This document shows positions 1 to 10,393 of a stretch of DNA of 64,000 bases, in pieces (the first letter of the stretch is position 1; every line of letters begins with the position of its first letter). Made by a program: the position numbers and the translations under genes. A model generated the notes under the pieces. It was not told where the DNA came from. It ran no database searches and saw nothing but the letters and a program-made list of their open reading frames with translations. The DNA lies in contig JBQEBC010000004.1 of NCBI GenBank assembly GCA_052106035.1, positions 7,510 to 71,509 on the forward strand, read 5' to 3'. This stretch comes from Leucobacter sp. GTDB lineage: Bacteria > Actinomycetota > Actinomycetes > Actinomycetales > Microbacteriaceae.

Positions 1-238
1 CCTGCGCAACAGCGACGAGCGCAATCGTTCCGATCGAGGTGAGCCTCGACTGCACGATGATCCAGAACGCTTGGCTGCCCGGTTCTCCCGGGTTGCCATA
101 GGTGACAATCAAAATCGCTAGCAGGATAGCAATCAAGAATACGATCGTGATCGGAAGTACGCGTCGCAAGCGGCTGAGTTCTTCGTACGCTGGCTCAGGG
201 AGTTGCCCGTGACTGGTGAGCTGTGCGATCCCGCTCAC
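1..238 (-). CDS. Iron-siderophore ABC permease (FecCD family), 5' part; runs off the window edge
   Basis: Manual translation from GTG at 238 gives MSGIAQLTSHGQLPEPAYEELSRLRRVLPITIVFLIAILLAILIVTYGNPGEPGSQAFWIIVQSRLTSIGTIALVAVAQ, open to position 1. It follows the first permease of the operon. Confidence 0.8.
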   Translation of the reverse strand, partial: MSGIAQLTSHGQLPEPAYEELSRLRRVLPITIVFLIAILLAILIVTYGNPGEPGSQAFWIIVQSRLTSIGTIALVAVAQ

Positions 239-284
239 GACAGTGCCTTACTCATGACAGTGCCTTACTCATGACAGTGCCTTA
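234..284. repeat. Three tandem copies of a 17-bp unit ctca(t/c)gacagtgcctta
   Basis: Copies read directly at 234-250, 251-267 and 268-284. Confidence 0.95.
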
Positions 285-1345
285 CGTTGACGCAACAGCA
301 GAGCAATAAAGACACTCGACCCGACCATACCGAGCACCAGGGCGACTGGCACCTCAAACGGCATGTTGATCACTCGCCCGAGCAAGTCACACGTAGCGAC
401 AAGGGCGATACCGCCAAGGCAGACCCAAGGCAGGTTGCTTCGAACGTTGTCGCCGCGGATCAACACGACGATGTTCGGCACCACGAGCCCGATGAGGGGC
501 AGAAATCCGACGACGACGGTCGTCACTCCCGCCGCAACGGCCACGAGCGCCGTGCCACCAATGAGGGTGGCTTCATATCTCAATCCAACACTCGTCGCGA
601 CATCTTTACCGAGGCCTGCGACGGTGATCCGATCCGCCATGAGAAACACCAGGATGGTGACGACCGCAACCACCCAAAGCACTTCGTATCTGCCGCGGAC
701 GATGCCAGTGAAGCTGCCCATGAACCAGCTGCCAAGCATCTGAAGCAGGTTGAACTGGGCCGCAATGAGCGTGGTAAACGCGCTCACCACCGCGCCGAGC
801 ATGATGCCGATGAGCGGGACGACGAGCGTGGTGCGGATCACAACGCGACGGAGGATCAGCATAAACACCATAACCCCGATGAAAGCCGAACAGCTTGCGA
901 TCGCCATCTTGCCCACTAACCCCACCCCAGGAAGGAAGAGCGTCGTGAGCAGTAGCCCCAGAGCAGCCCACTCGGTTGTGCCAGACGTCGTGGCATCAAC
1001 AAACCGGTTCTGTGTGAGCATCTGCATCACCAGCCCGCTCGTGGCGAGCGCTGCCCCCGCGAGCACGAGTGCGATCGTGCGGGGGACTCGTGTGATCCAG
1101 AACATTTCCGCGCCGAATTCGTCGCCGAGAATGTCGTAGGCGCCGACGGAAAGTGAGAGCGCAAGAAGCCCGGCCGTGACCAGCACGGCGAGAGGCATTG
1201 CCCATGGCCAACGCTTTTTCGGAGGAGGTGCCTCGTCGGTGGCAGGAGCTACGCCGGTACGCCGAGCGGGGCCCCCGTTCAATTGAACTGGGACCCCGGT
1301 AGCTTCGCGTTCACGTGCTACAGCTGACTCGGGTGGCGCACTCAT
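269..1345 (-). CDS. Iron-siderophore ABC permease (FecCD family)
   Basis: Hydrophobic 358 aa protein with RVPRTIALVLAGAALATSGLVMQMLTQNRF and CDLLGRVI FecCD motifs. Confidence 0.9.
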   Translation of the reverse strand: MSAPPESAVAREREATGVPVQLNGGPARRTGVAPATDEAPPPKKRWPWAMPLAVLVTAGLLALSLSVGAYDILGDEFGAEMFWITRVPRTIALVLAGAALATSGLVMQMLTQNRFVDATTSGTTEWAALGLLLTTLFLPGVGLVGKMAIASCSAFIGVMVFMLILRRVVIRTTLVVPLIGIMLGAVVSAFTTLIAAQFNLLQMLGSWFMGSFTGIVRGRYEVLWVVAVVTILVFLMADRITVAGLGKDVATSVGLRYEATLIGGTALVAVAAGVTTVVVGFLPLIGLVVPNIVVLIRGDNVRSNLPWVCLGGIALVATCDLLGRVINMPFEVPVALVLGMVGSSVFIALLLRQRKALS

Positions 1346-2346
1346 GCTGCGTTGAATGCATCCTTAAGCTGAGTAAACAAAGCAGTGTATGCCTGGATTC
1401 CCTCAGTGAGGTAGAAGTTCTTATCCAATACAACGATCTGATCCTTGGTCACGGCGGTGACGTGCTGCATTGCCTCCGAAGACACGATGAGTTCGTGCGC
1501 GGGTACCGGCGCATCCTGACCGGGCTCAGGAATCATTGCGGCGTCACGGTCAAGCGAAATGATCCAGTCAGGATTTGACTGTGCAATGGCTTCGACACCG
1601 ATGTCATTGCCCTTGTGATCCGAATCCCCTTCGGCCTCAAGCGCGGGCACAAGGTCAAGAGCTGGGAATACCGGGCCAACCGAGCGGCCAACGATGGGCG
1701 CGAGATAGTTCATGCTCGCGTCGGAAATGTTCACCGCCATGACTGTGTCTGACCCGTTGTACGCCGCCTTCGCGTCAGCAATGGCATCGTCGAGACCCGA
1801 GTTCAGAGCAGCTGCCTCATCCTCGTGCGCGAAGATCTGGCCGAGGATCTCGGTCTGGCGCTTGAGTTCCTCGTACTGATCTTGATCATCGCGCGGAGCA
1901 ATCTCAATTACGACAGCGTTCGGGTTCTGCTCTTTGAGCTGATCGTAGTAGTCACCGAAGCGGTAGCCACCAATGATGAGGTCTGGCTCAGCGGCAATGA
2001 TTGCCTCAAGGTCGGGCTCACGATGGTTTCCGACGTTGAGTACGCTCTCGTCATCCGTGTACTCAGGCCATGCGACTCCCATCACGTCCTTCGGAGCTGC
2101 AGCGAGCTGAATATCCCACTCGCTGAGCGTGTCGAACGATGTGTTATCGAGCGCCACAACAGTCTCAGGATTGACCGGAACTTCGACCTCGCCGTGATTA
2201 TCAGTGATCGTCACCGAGGTTGCAGCTGCGGGCGTCTCGTCGGCTGCTTCGGTTGGTGTCGAACAAGCCGAGAGGACGAGCGCTGCTGAGGTTGCAAGAG
2301 CGGCAAGGGCGAGCACGCGGTGTGTGCGTGGGTGTCGGAATGTCAC
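1342..2346 (-). CDS. Siderophore ABC substrate-binding lipoprotein
   Basis: Lipobox LSAC, TITDNHGEVEVPVNPETVVALD and EPDLEAIIAAEPDLII motifs. Start moved to in-frame GTG 2346, which has an upstream purine-rich RBS. Confidence 0.9.
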   Translation of the reverse strand: MTFRHPRTHRVLALAALATSAALVLSACSTPTEAADETPAAATSVTITDNHGEVEVPVNPETVVALDNTSFDTLSEWDIQLAAAPKDVMGVAWPEYTDDESVLNVGNHREPDLEAIIAAEPDLIIGGYRFGDYYDQLKEQNPNAVVIEIAPRDDQDQYEELKRQTEILGQIFAHEDEAAALNSGLDDAIADAKAAYNGSDTVMAVNISDASMNYLAPIVGRSVGPVFPALDLVPALEAEGDSDHKGNDIGVEAIAQSNPDWIISLDRDAAMIPEPGQDAPVPAHELIVSSEAMQHVTAVTKDQIVVLDKNFYLTEGIQAYTALFTQLKDAFNAA

Positions 2347-2477
2347 AGTGTTGTGCTTCTTTCGTAGGTGTGCGTGAAATGCGCGCCGTGCTTCGTCATG
2401 AAACACATCAAGGCTTCGCTGGAGGGGCTCGTGCACAGGCATGACCTGCGCGGACCAGTTCCTCCATTGAAACCTTG

Positions 2478-2514
2478 TAAGGTCAGCCTAACTTGGAATT
2501 CATCTGATGATCAA
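2478..2514 (-). promoter_or_regulatory. DtxR/IdeR box overlapping a putative promoter (-35 TTGATC, 18 bp, -10 TAGGCT)
   Basis: taaggtcagcctaacttgg (2478-2496) matches TWAGGTWAGSCTWACCTWA at 15/19 and lies upstream of an iron-uptake operon. Confidence 0.8.
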
Positions 2515-2559
2515 GTAAAAGTGACATTCTCGTTCAGAATCTATATACCCGCCCGACAC

Positions 2560-2604
2560 AAAAGCACCGTGGGGAAAGGTGTGTGAACCATCTCCCCACG
2601 GTGC
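2560..2604 (-). terminator. Intrinsic terminator hairpin
   Basis: 12-bp arms gcaccgtgggga / tccccacggtgc with a T-run on the minus strand, downstream of the 2645..3727 gene. Confidence 0.75.
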
Positions 2605-2644
2605 GCTTACCGAGAAATAGCGCCTCGGTATTTCTACTTGTTAC

Positions 2645-3727
2645 CTAGAACTGCGGCTGCTGTGGTGCGCCCGGCACCGTGAAGTCGGGCTGACCGTCAG
2701 CACGAGCCGGAATCGGGCTGCCGTCCGCGAACGTGGGCCAGGGAAGGAGTTCAGGCTCCTCATCAGCTGCCTGCTGTTGCTCTAGCGCCTGTTGAGCACG
2801 CTGCTCTTGCATCGCCTGCTGGAACTGGAAACCCTGCTCAGGAGCATCTGGTGCCGGCGAATTCACGACTGGAGCAGAGTCGGGCATTGCAGCAGGATCC
2901 TGCACTTGCTGTGCTGGGGCCTGGTTCACCGATGGTTGAAATGCCGGTGCCGCTTGTGCCTGTGGGGCTGGGAACTGGGGAATCGGGAACTGCTGCCCGG
3001 GGTTTCCGCCACGCATGGCGTCCTTACGAGCTAAGCGTTCATCGGTTCCGGTTGACCAGCGAAGCAGCAACGTCACCGAGAGGCCGAGCGCCGTGAGGAT
3101 CAGAACTGCGGTAGCGATCTTCCAATACAGGTCAGGAACTTCGAGCCCGAACGCCTCAATACCGACCGGTGCGGTGAACAGAATGCCCGAGAGCACCGCG
3201 AGCACACTCGTAATAAACGAGAAGCGCATCACAGCATCGCCCGACTTCTCTCCGGTACGCAGCAAGAGCTCACAGCAGAGAATAACGAGACGCGTGACGA
3301 CGATGACGAGGAGCGACTTCCAGAAGATTTCAAACATAAGTGAGAACGCGTCGTACGGCGTGATCCAAATCACAATGAGCAGCAAGCCCAAAATGTATGT
3401 GTTTGCAATCAAAGCAACTGGGGCATACCAATCACTCTTCCGCTCACGACTCGTATCGATCGCAGTGAACACCACAAAGACAGCGAAGAGAGCGAATGTT
3501 GAGAACACCCGCTCGAAGCGCCCCTCAAAGTCACCAATGAAAAGCAGTGAAATCGACGCCACGGTGAGGCCAATGAGCAAAATGATGCTCACTTTCAAGA
3601 ACGTCGACATCTTATTCGGCGCCGCGAGAAGGCCTTGGCCCGGTGTCGACGAATGCGGAAATGCCGGCGCAGCACCGTTTGTGCGGACCTGAGAATCATT
3701 GGATTGAGGGACCTGTGTTTCGCTCAT
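2645..3727 (-). CDS. Hypothetical multi-pass membrane protein with Pro/Gln-rich C-terminal tail
   Basis: About six hydrophobic segments, then a low-complexity PQ-rich tail ending WPTFADGSPIPARADGQPDF. Confidence 0.75.
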   Translation of the reverse strand: MSETQVPQSNDSQVRTNGAAPAFPHSSTPGQGLLAAPNKMSTFLKVSIILLIGLTVASISLLFIGDFEGRFERVFSTFALFAVFVVFTAIDTSRERKSDWYAPVALIANTYILGLLLIVIWITPYDAFSLMFEIFWKSLLVIVVTRLVILCCELLLRTGEKSGDAVMRFSFITSVLAVLSGILFTAPVGIEAFGLEVPDLYWKIATAVLILTALGLSVTLLLRWSTGTDERLARKDAMRGGNPGQQFPIPQFPAPQAQAAPAFQPSVNQAPAQQVQDPAAMPDSAPVVNSPAPDAPEQGFQFQQAMQEQRAQQALEQQQAADEEPELLPWPTFADGSPIPARADGQPDFTVPGAPQQPQF

Positions 3728-3843
3728 AATCCCTAGTCTCCCGGCTTCAGCTGGAAATTAGCAATACACACGCCAACAGATCTCCGCTTTACCTGACCGC
3801 ATCTGCGGCTCAGCGAGGGTCTAAAGCGACGTAGACTGAGGGG

Positions 3844-6171
3844 GTGACTGAAATTGCCGCTTCCCTCACCCGCCCCGATACTGTTGCCGATGCGTTGGCC
3901 ACTCCTGAAAAGGAGCAACCGTACGCAGCACTGGGCCTGAAGCCCGACGAGTACGATCAAATCAAGGCCATCCTTGGTCGCCGTCCGACCTCGGGCGAGC
4001 TCGCAATGTACTCAGTGATGTGGTCGGAGCACTGCTCTTACAAGTCATCGAAGATCTACCTTCGCCAATTCGGCAAGAAGGTCAACGACAAGATGCGTGA
4101 GCGGCTGCTCGTCGGCATGGGTGAAAATGCTGGCGTCGTCGATGTTGGTGAAGGCTGGGCCGTCACGTTTAAGGTCGAGAGCCACAACCACCCGTCGTAC
4201 ATCGAGCCGTTCCAGGGTGCCGCGACCGGTGTTGGTGGCATTATTCGCGACATCATTTCGATGGGCGCTCGCCCAGTCGCAGTGATGGATCAGCTGCGCT
4301 TCGGTGCAATCGATCACCCGGATACCGCTCGCGTTGTCCACGGCGTGGTCTCGGGTATCTCCTCCTACGCAAACTGCCTCGGCCTCCCGAACATTGGCGG
4401 CGAGACCGTGTTCGACGGCGTGTATCAGGCGAACCCACTCGTGAATGCGCTCGGCGTTGGCGTGCTGCGCCACGAAGATTTGCACACCGCGAACGCCTCG
4501 GGTCTCGGCAACAAGATTGTCTTGTTCGGCGCCCGCACCGGTGGTGACGGTATTGGTGGAGCATCGATCCTTGCATCTGACAGCTTCGACGAGGGTGGCC
4601 CTACGAAGCGCCCAGCTGTACAGGTCGGCGATCCCTTCGCAGAAAAGGTGCTCATCGAGTGCTGCCTCGAACTGTTCCAGGGTGAACTCGTTGAGGGCAT
4701 CCAAGACCTCGGCGCTGCCGGCATTTCGTGCGCGACGAGCGAGCTCGCTGCGAACGGCGACGGTGGCATGTTCATCGAGCTCGACAGCGTACTATTGCGC
4801 GATCCCTCGCTCACTGCCGAAGAGATTCTCATGTCTGAGAGCCAAGAGCGCATGATGGCTGTCGTTGCTCCCGAAAAGCTCAACGCGTTTCTCGCCGTCA
4901 CGAAGAAGTGGGACGTTGAGACGAGCGTGCTTGGCGAAGTCACAGATACGAATCGCCTGATTATCAACTGGCGCGGCGAGGAAATTGTCAACGTCGACCC
5001 GTCGACGGTCGCGGTCGATGGCCCGGTCTATGAGCGCCCGGTCGCATACCCCACATGGATCGACGCACTGCAGGCCGATTCAGTGAACGCTGCAGGCCTC
5101 GCGCGCACCACCTCGAATGACGAGCTTCGCGCACAGCTACTCACCGTGTCGTCATCGCCCAACCAGGCCGATGTTTCGTGGGTCACGAACCAGTACGACA
5201 TCTACGTTGGCGGCAACACCGCGCTCGCCTTCCCCGATGGCGCGGGCATGATCCGTGTCGACGAAGAGTCGGGTCTCGGAATCGCCATCTCAACTGACGC
5301 GAACGGCCGGTACTGCCAGCTCGATCCCTACGCGGGCGCGCAGCTCGCGCTCGGTGAGGCATACCGAAACGTCGCAACCTCGGGCGCTGTGCCCACCGCT
5401 GTCACCGACTGCCTGAACTTTGGCAGCCCAGAAAACCCAGAGGTCATGTGGCAGTTCTCGCAGACCGTCGAAGGGCTCTCAGACGCCTGCCTCGCACTCG
5501 AGGTGCCGGTCACTGGTGGCAACGTTTCGTTCTATAACCAGACCGGCGATACCCCGATCCACCCGACCCCGGTTGTGGGTGTGCTCGGCATCATCGACGA
5601 CGTCGCGCGACGTGTGCCTTCTGGCTGGCAGGATCGCGGTGAACACCTCTATCTGCTCGGCACCACCCGCGACGAGCTTGATGGTTCGGCATGGGCCGAA
5701 GCCGTGCACGACCACCTCGGCGGGCTTCCCCCGAAAGCCGACCTCGACGCTGAGCGCACGCTTGCTGAGCTACTGCAGGCAGCGACGCAGAGCGGTCTCC
5801 TCTCCGCGGCCGTGGATCTCTCTGAGGGTGGTCTCGCGCAGGCAATCGTTGATGGGACGCTCCGCTTCGGCGTCGGAGCCAGGGTCTGGATCGACGAGAT
5901 CATGTCACGCGATGGCGTTGACGAGGTCGCGGCGCTCTTCTCAGAGTCTCAGGGGCGCGTGCTCGTCGCTGTGTCACACGAAGAAGACGTCAAGTTCCGC
6001 GGCCTGTGCGAGGGGCGAAACTACCCCGTACTCAAGGTCGGCGTGACCGACCTCTCGGGTGACGAGGCAGCGATCGAGGTGCAGGGCAGGTTCACCCTCC
6101 CCCTTTCAGAGCTTCGTGATCGGGTGCGTGCGACGCTTCCTGACGCGTTCGGTCCAATCATCTCGGAATAA
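3844..6171 (+). CDS. purL: Phosphoribosylformylglycinamidine synthase subunit PurL
   Basis: [27 protein letters not shown] and DCLNFGSPE motifs. Confidence 0.98.
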   Translation: MTEIAASLTRPDTVADALATPEKEQPYAALGLKPDEYDQIKAILGRRPTSGELAMYSVMWSEHCSYKSSKIYLRQFGKKVNDKMRERLLVGMGENAGVVDVGEGWAVTFKVESHNHPSYIEPFQGAATGVGGIIRDIISMGARPVAVMDQLRFGAIDHPDTARVVHGVVSGISSYANCLGLPNIGGETVFDGVYQANPLVNALGVGVLRHEDLHTANASGLGNKIVLFGARTGGDGIGGASILASDSFDEGGPTKRPAVQVGDPFAEKVLIECCLELFQGELVEGIQDLGAAGISCATSELAANGDGGMFIELDSVLLRDPSLTAEEILMSESQERMMAVVAPEKLNAFLAVTKKWDVETSVLGEVTDTNRLIINWRGEEIVNVDPSTVAVDGPVYERPVAYPTWIDALQADSVNAAGLARTTSNDELRAQLLTVSSSPNQADVSWVTNQYDIYVGGNTALAFPDGAGMIRVDEESGLGIAISTDANGRYCQLDPYAGAQLALGEAYRNVATSGAVPTAVTDCLNFGSPENPEVMWQFSQTVEGLSDACLALEVPVTGGNVSFYNQTGDTPIHPTPVVGVLGIIDDVARRVPSGWQDRGEHLYLLGTTRDELDGSAWAEAVHDHLGGLPPKADLDAERTLAELLQAATQSGLLSAAVDLSEGGLAQAIVDGTLRFGVGARVWIDEIMSRDGVDEVAALFSESQGRVLVAVSHEEDVKFRGLCEGRNYPVLKVGVTDLSGDEAAIEVQGRFTLPLSELRDRVRATLPDAFGPIISE

Positions 6172-6175
6172 GGCC

Positions 6176-7516
6176 CTACGCGACGGCTGCCGCCCGCGCG
6201 GCAGCCGGAAGTGCCTGAGAGATGCGTTCAAGCGCCTGATCTCCGTGAGCTGCGCTCACAAACCAGGCTTCGAACGCGCTTGGAGGGAGATTTATCCCCT
6301 GCGCAAGCATCGCATGGAAAAACGCTCGGTACTGCGCAGTGTTCTGCCTGAGCACTTCCTCATAGGTTCGCGGCCCCTCTGGGTACTCTCCGAACAATAC
6401 GCTGAGCAACGTTCCCGCGCGCTGCACGCGATGGGCGACCCCGGCTGACGAAAGCGCCTCGGCCGCTTCTGCGGCGAGTGCATTCGAGGCCGCCTCGAGC
6501 CGCGAATATGCTGCGGCGTCGGCCCCTCGAAGCGTTGCGAGGCCTGCTGCTGCGGCAAGCGGATTCCCTGAGAGAGTGCCACCCTGGTACACGGGCCCGA
6601 GCGGCGCGAGGAGCCCCATGAGAGCCGTGCTCCCACCGACAGCTGCGAGCGGCAGGCCCCCACCCACGACCTTGCCAAACGTAAATAGGTCAGGGGATAC
6701 GCCCGGGGCGACGTGTGCTCGTTCAATACCCCAGTATCCTGAGGCGCTCGCACGAAACCCGGTAAGCACTTCATCGGTGATGACGAGCGCACCATTCCTG
6801 TGCGCAATCTCGATAAGACCGGCGGTGAAACCGGCAAGGGGCGGGAGTACCCCCATATTGGCCGCGGCCGACTCGACGATGACGGCAGCGATCCGCCCTT
6901 CGTGTGCGTCAAATGCGATTGCGAGAGCCTCAAGGTCGTTATACGGCAAGACGAGCGTTTCCGATGCAGTTGCTTCGGTGACCCCCGCGGATCCCGGGAG
7001 CCCAAACGTCGCGAGCCCGGAGCCGGCAGCAGCAAGCAGGCCGTCCGAATGGCCATGATAGTGACCTGCGAACTTGATGATGAGGGGTCTGCCCGTCGCA
7101 CCTCGCGCGATGCGGATCGCCGTCATCGTCGCCTCGGTACCGGTCGATACGAGCCGAAGCCGCTCAACATCTGGCATGCGGGCAATGATCTCCTCAGCGA
7201 GTTCGGCCTCGGCCGGAACTGACGCGCCGAAGCCGAGGCCACGAGCCGCAGCCTCCTGCACCGCCGTCACAACCGGGGGGTGGGCATGCCCCAGCAGCGC
7301 CGGGCCCCATGCACCAACGAGGTCAACATATTCGACCCCATCCGCATCGGTTACGGTCGCCCCACTCCCCGACACGAAGAATCGCGGAGTGCCACCGACT
7401 GACCCGTACGCGCGTACCGGAGAGTTGACGCCTCCAGGAATCACGCGGCTGGCGCGCTCGGCGAACGCGGCGCTGCGTGGTGACCCCGGCGTCTGTTCCA
7501 TCTGTGCGGCGCTCAT
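6176..7516 (-). CDS. hemL: Glutamate-1-semialdehyde 2,1-aminomutase
   Basis: [16 protein letters not shown] and [11 protein letters not shown] motifs. Start set at ATG 7516, overlapping the hemB stop. Confidence 0.95.
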   Translation of the reverse strand: MSAAQMEQTPGSPRSAAFAERASRVIPGGVNSPVRAYGSVGGTPRFFVSGSGATVTDADGVEYVDLVGAWGPALLGHAHPPVVTAVQEAAARGLGFGASVPAEAELAEEIIARMPDVERLRLVSTGTEATMTAIRIARGATGRPLIIKFAGHYHGHSDGLLAAAGSGLATFGLPGSAGVTEATASETLVLPYNDLEALAIAFDAHEGRIAAVIVESAAANMGVLPPLAGFTAGLIEIAHRNGALVITDEVLTGFRASASGYWGIERAHVAPGVSPDLFTFGKVVGGGLPLAAVGGSTALMGLLAPLGPVYQGGTLSGNPLAAAAGLATLRGADAAAYSRLEAASNALAAEAAEALSSAGVAHRVQRAGTLLSVLFGEYPEGPRTYEEVLRQNTAQYRAFFHAMLAQGINLPPSAFEAWFVSAAHGDQALERISQALPAAARAAAVA

Positions 7517-8532
7517 CGGATCCACCCCGCAAGCTCGGTTGCAAAGTAGGTGAGGATCGCATCGGCCCCTGCCCGTTTGATGCTGAGCACCGACTCTTCG
7601 ATTGCGCTTCGGCGATCGATCCACCCGTTCATGGCGGCCGCCTCAATCATCGCGGCCTCACCTGAGACCTGATACGCCCACACCGGTACGGGGCTCTCGG
7701 CGGCGACGTCAGCGAGCACATCGAGATAGCTCATTGCGGGTTTCACCATCACAATGTCCGCGCCCTCCTCGATATCGAGCCGAGCCTCGAGAAGTCCCTC
7801 GCGACGGTTCGCAGGGTCCATTTGATAGCCCTTACGATCCCCCACGCTCTGCGCATTCGTGCCGAGCTGCGAGTCGACGGCCTCGCGGAAGGGACCGTAG
7901 AACGCCGACGCATACTTTGCCGAGTATGCAAGGATCGCGGTGTCGGTGTGACCAGCGTTGTCGAGCACGGCCCGAACTGCGGCAACCTGACCATCCATCA
8001 TCCCTGACAGACCGAGCAGACTCGATCCCGCATCGGCCTGCGCAAGCGCCATTGCACGATACCGCTCGAGAGTCGCATCGTTGTCAACGCCCGCAGGTGA
8101 ACCTTGCCCAGGTGTCGCCGTAAGCACACCACAATGGCCGTGGTCCGTGAACTCGTCGAGGCAGAGATCTGTCTGCACGACAAGCGCGTCACCTACCTCC
8201 GCAGCCACGGTCCGCGTTGCAACGTTGAGAATGCCAGCTGGGTCATCGGCCTGGCTGCCCTGCGCATCACGCTTCGCAGGAATTCCAAAGAGCATCACGC
8301 CACCGATGCCGCGAGCTGCGGCTTCTGCGACGGCCCGCGAGAGTGATTCGAGTGTGTGCTGCATCACGCCCGGCATCGACGCAATCGGTCGGGGCTCTGG
8401 AAGTCCCTCACGCACGAACATTGGCAGCACGAGGTCACCTGGGTGGAGCCGTGTTTCTGCCGCGAGTGACCGAAGTGCACCAGTGGTGCGCAGGCGCCGA
8501 GGGCGAATCGTTGGGCGAGTGTCGGGGGTCAT
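7513..8532 (-). CDS. hemB: Porphobilinogen synthase
   Basis: [32 protein letters not shown] and MVKPA motifs. Confidence 0.97.
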   Translation of the reverse strand: MTPDTRPTIRPRRLRTTGALRSLAAETRLHPGDLVLPMFVREGLPEPRPIASMPGVMQHTLESLSRAVAEAAARGIGGVMLFGIPAKRDAQGSQADDPAGILNVATRTVAAEVGDALVVQTDLCLDEFTDHGHCGVLTATPGQGSPAGVDNDATLERYRAMALAQADAGSSLLGLSGMMDGQVAAVRAVLDNAGHTDTAILAYSAKYASAFYGPFREAVDSQLGTNAQSVGDRKGYQMDPANRREGLLEARLDIEEGADIVMVKPAMSYLDVLADVAAESPVPVWAYQVSGEAAMIEAAAMNGWIDRRSAIEESVLSIKRAGADAILTYFATELAGWIR

Positions 8533-9338
8533 ACTGACTGTCTTTCTGAGTGGTGGCCAATGTGGGCTGCGAGTGCGTCGACGACGCCCTCGCCGGTGTG
8601 TGTTGCGGCAACGACGTGCGCCGAGATGCCTAACCGAGCAAGCTCTCTCGCAGTGGGCTCACCGATCGCAGCGACGACTGTGCGCGGGTCTAACGGCGCG
8701 AAGCGATGCGCAAGTGCGCGGGCCCCCGAGGCGCTGAGCACGAGTACCGCTCCAAGCTTGGCTGCGCTGAATTTGGCGGCGAGGGCGATATCTGCGACAG
8801 GGTCCGCTGGAGCCTGGATTGTGCGGTAGGCAGTGACCCTATCAGGATGATGACCAGCATCTCGCAGTGCGCGCTCAAGCGTGGGTTCTGCGATCTCAGA
8901 CAGCGGAAGCAGCACACGTGCTCCGACCGGATTATCCTTCGCACGGAGCTCGGCAATAAGAGCTTGTGCGAGGGCCGCGCCGGTAAAGTCTCTGTGAGGC
9001 TGCAGGTCGGGCGCGTCGCCAGTGAGCAGCCCCGCCTGCGCGAGTTCGTCCGCGGTGGCTGGTCCGACCGCTGCGATGCGCCCCTTACCAGGCAGTGCAC
9101 CCGCTGTGGTGATCGCGTCGACACCTCTCGCGCTCGTGACTACAAGCCAGTCGTACGCTCCGGCATTCCATCTCGCGACAGCATCGCGGAGCACTGCTGG
9201 GTCTGATGGCGGTCGGTATTCTGTGAGTGCGACAAGTACGGGTGTGCCCCCGTGTGAGCGGATCGAGGCGGCAATCCGCTCACCGAAGGTGCCTCCACTC
9301 GAAACGAGTACGTGACACCCCGCCAGCTTCTCGCTCAC
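8529..9338 (-). CDS. hemD: Uroporphyrinogen-III synthase
   Basis: [19 protein letters not shown] and AIGEPTA motifs; lies between hemC and hemB. Confidence 0.9.
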   Translation of the reverse strand: MSEKLAGCHVLVSSGGTFGERIAASIRSHGGTPVLVALTEYRPPSDPAVLRDAVARWNAGAYDWLVVTSARGVDAITTAGALPGKGRIAAVGPATADELAQAGLLTGDAPDLQPHRDFTGAALAQALIAELRAKDNPVGARVLLPLSEIAEPTLERALRDAGHHPDRVTAYRTIQAPADPVADIALAAKFSAAKLGAVLVLSASGARALAHRFAPLDPRTVVAAIGEPTARELARLGISAHVVAATHTGEGVVDALAAHIGHHSERQSV

Positions 9339-10393
9339 CGGTTTCCGCCGAGCGGAGCAAGCTCAGCAGCGCCGCCTTCCAGCAGCTCCGTGGCCACCAT
9401 TCGGCCGACCTGTTCAGATGCAGAGTAGTCGATTGTTCCGGTGTCCGAGAGCATCCACGGAACTTCAGCCTCCGCGGTAAGTTTCTGCGCACCATCGAGG
9501 CTATAGACGGTGGCGCTCAGCGACAGCACCCCCTGTTTAACACTCGCGGTTGCACCGATCGGCGCGGAACACCCGGCCTCGAGTGTGCCCAGCAATACGC
9601 GCTCGGCGAGAGCCTCTGCGTGCGCCCGCGGATCATTAAGTGCATCGACTGCGGTTTTCAGTGGTCTCGCCCCCGCCTCCGCTTCCAAATCTGCAGTGCG
9701 CACTTCAATCGCGAGCGCCCCCTGACCCGGGGCTGCGGGTGTGCGATCGAGATCGAAGCGTTCCGAGATCGCGGCGGAACGCCCGAGTCGGTCGAGCCCG
9801 GCGGCCGCCAGCACGACGGCATCAAGGTCAGCACCCACGCGCCCGAGCCGCGTATCGACGTTGCCGCGAAGCCCGTGCACGTTGAGGTCAGGCCGCCGCT
9901 CAAGTAATTGCGCGGCGCGGCGCGGCGAACCAGTTCCGACGTTTGCCCCTGCCGGGAGTTCAGCAATGGTGAGCCCATCGCGTGCGCAGAGCGCGTCGCG
10001 CGGGTCAGCTCGCACCGGCACGGCCCCGAGCGTGATTCCGTCGCACGGCCCTGTCGGTAGATCTTTGAGCGAGTGCACGGCAACATCGCACTCACCTGCG
10101 AGCAGTGCGTCTCGCAGTGCACTCACGAACACTCCGGTACCTCCGAGCTGTGCGAGTGGCGCGCTCGAGATGTCACCGTGTGTCTTGATGATGACGAGCG
10201 TGACATCAAAACCAGTCGCCGCCGCAATCGCTTCGGCCACCGTAGTTGTCTGCGTCACGGCGAGCGCACTCCCGCGTGTGCCAATGCGAATGAGCCCCGG
10301 CGCAGCGGCGAGCGCGCCTTCAGCGATGCTGACCTTGGCGTCGCCAGCGGGAGTCGGCGTGTGTGACGGCATCGTGGGGAGCACTGAATTCAT
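9335..10393 (-). CDS. hemC: Hydroxymethylbilane synthase
   Basis: IGTRGSALA, AVHSLKD, LRGNVDTRL and EAGCSAPIG motifs. Confidence 0.97.
   Translation of the reverse strand: MNSVLPTMPSHTPTPAGDAKVSIAEGALAAAPGLIRIGTRGSALAVTQTTTVAEAIAAATGFDVTLVIIKTHGDISSAPLAQLGGTGVFVSALRDALLAGECDVAVHSLKDLPTGPCDGITLGAVPVRADPRDALCARDGLTIAELPAGANVGTGSPRRAAQLLERRPDLNVHGLRGNVDTRLGRVGADLDAVVLAAAGLDRLGRSAAISERFDLDRTPAAPGQGALAIEVRTADLEAEAGARPLKTAVDALNDPRAHAEALAERVLLGTLEAGCSAPIGATASVKQGVLSLSATVYSLDGAQKLTAEAEVPWMLSDTGTIDYSASEQVGRMVATELLEGGAAELAPLGGNR

Noticed and set aside
234-284. Tandem repeats as a CRISPR array
   Set aside because: The units are contiguous with no spacers, only 17 bp long, and there are no cas genes.
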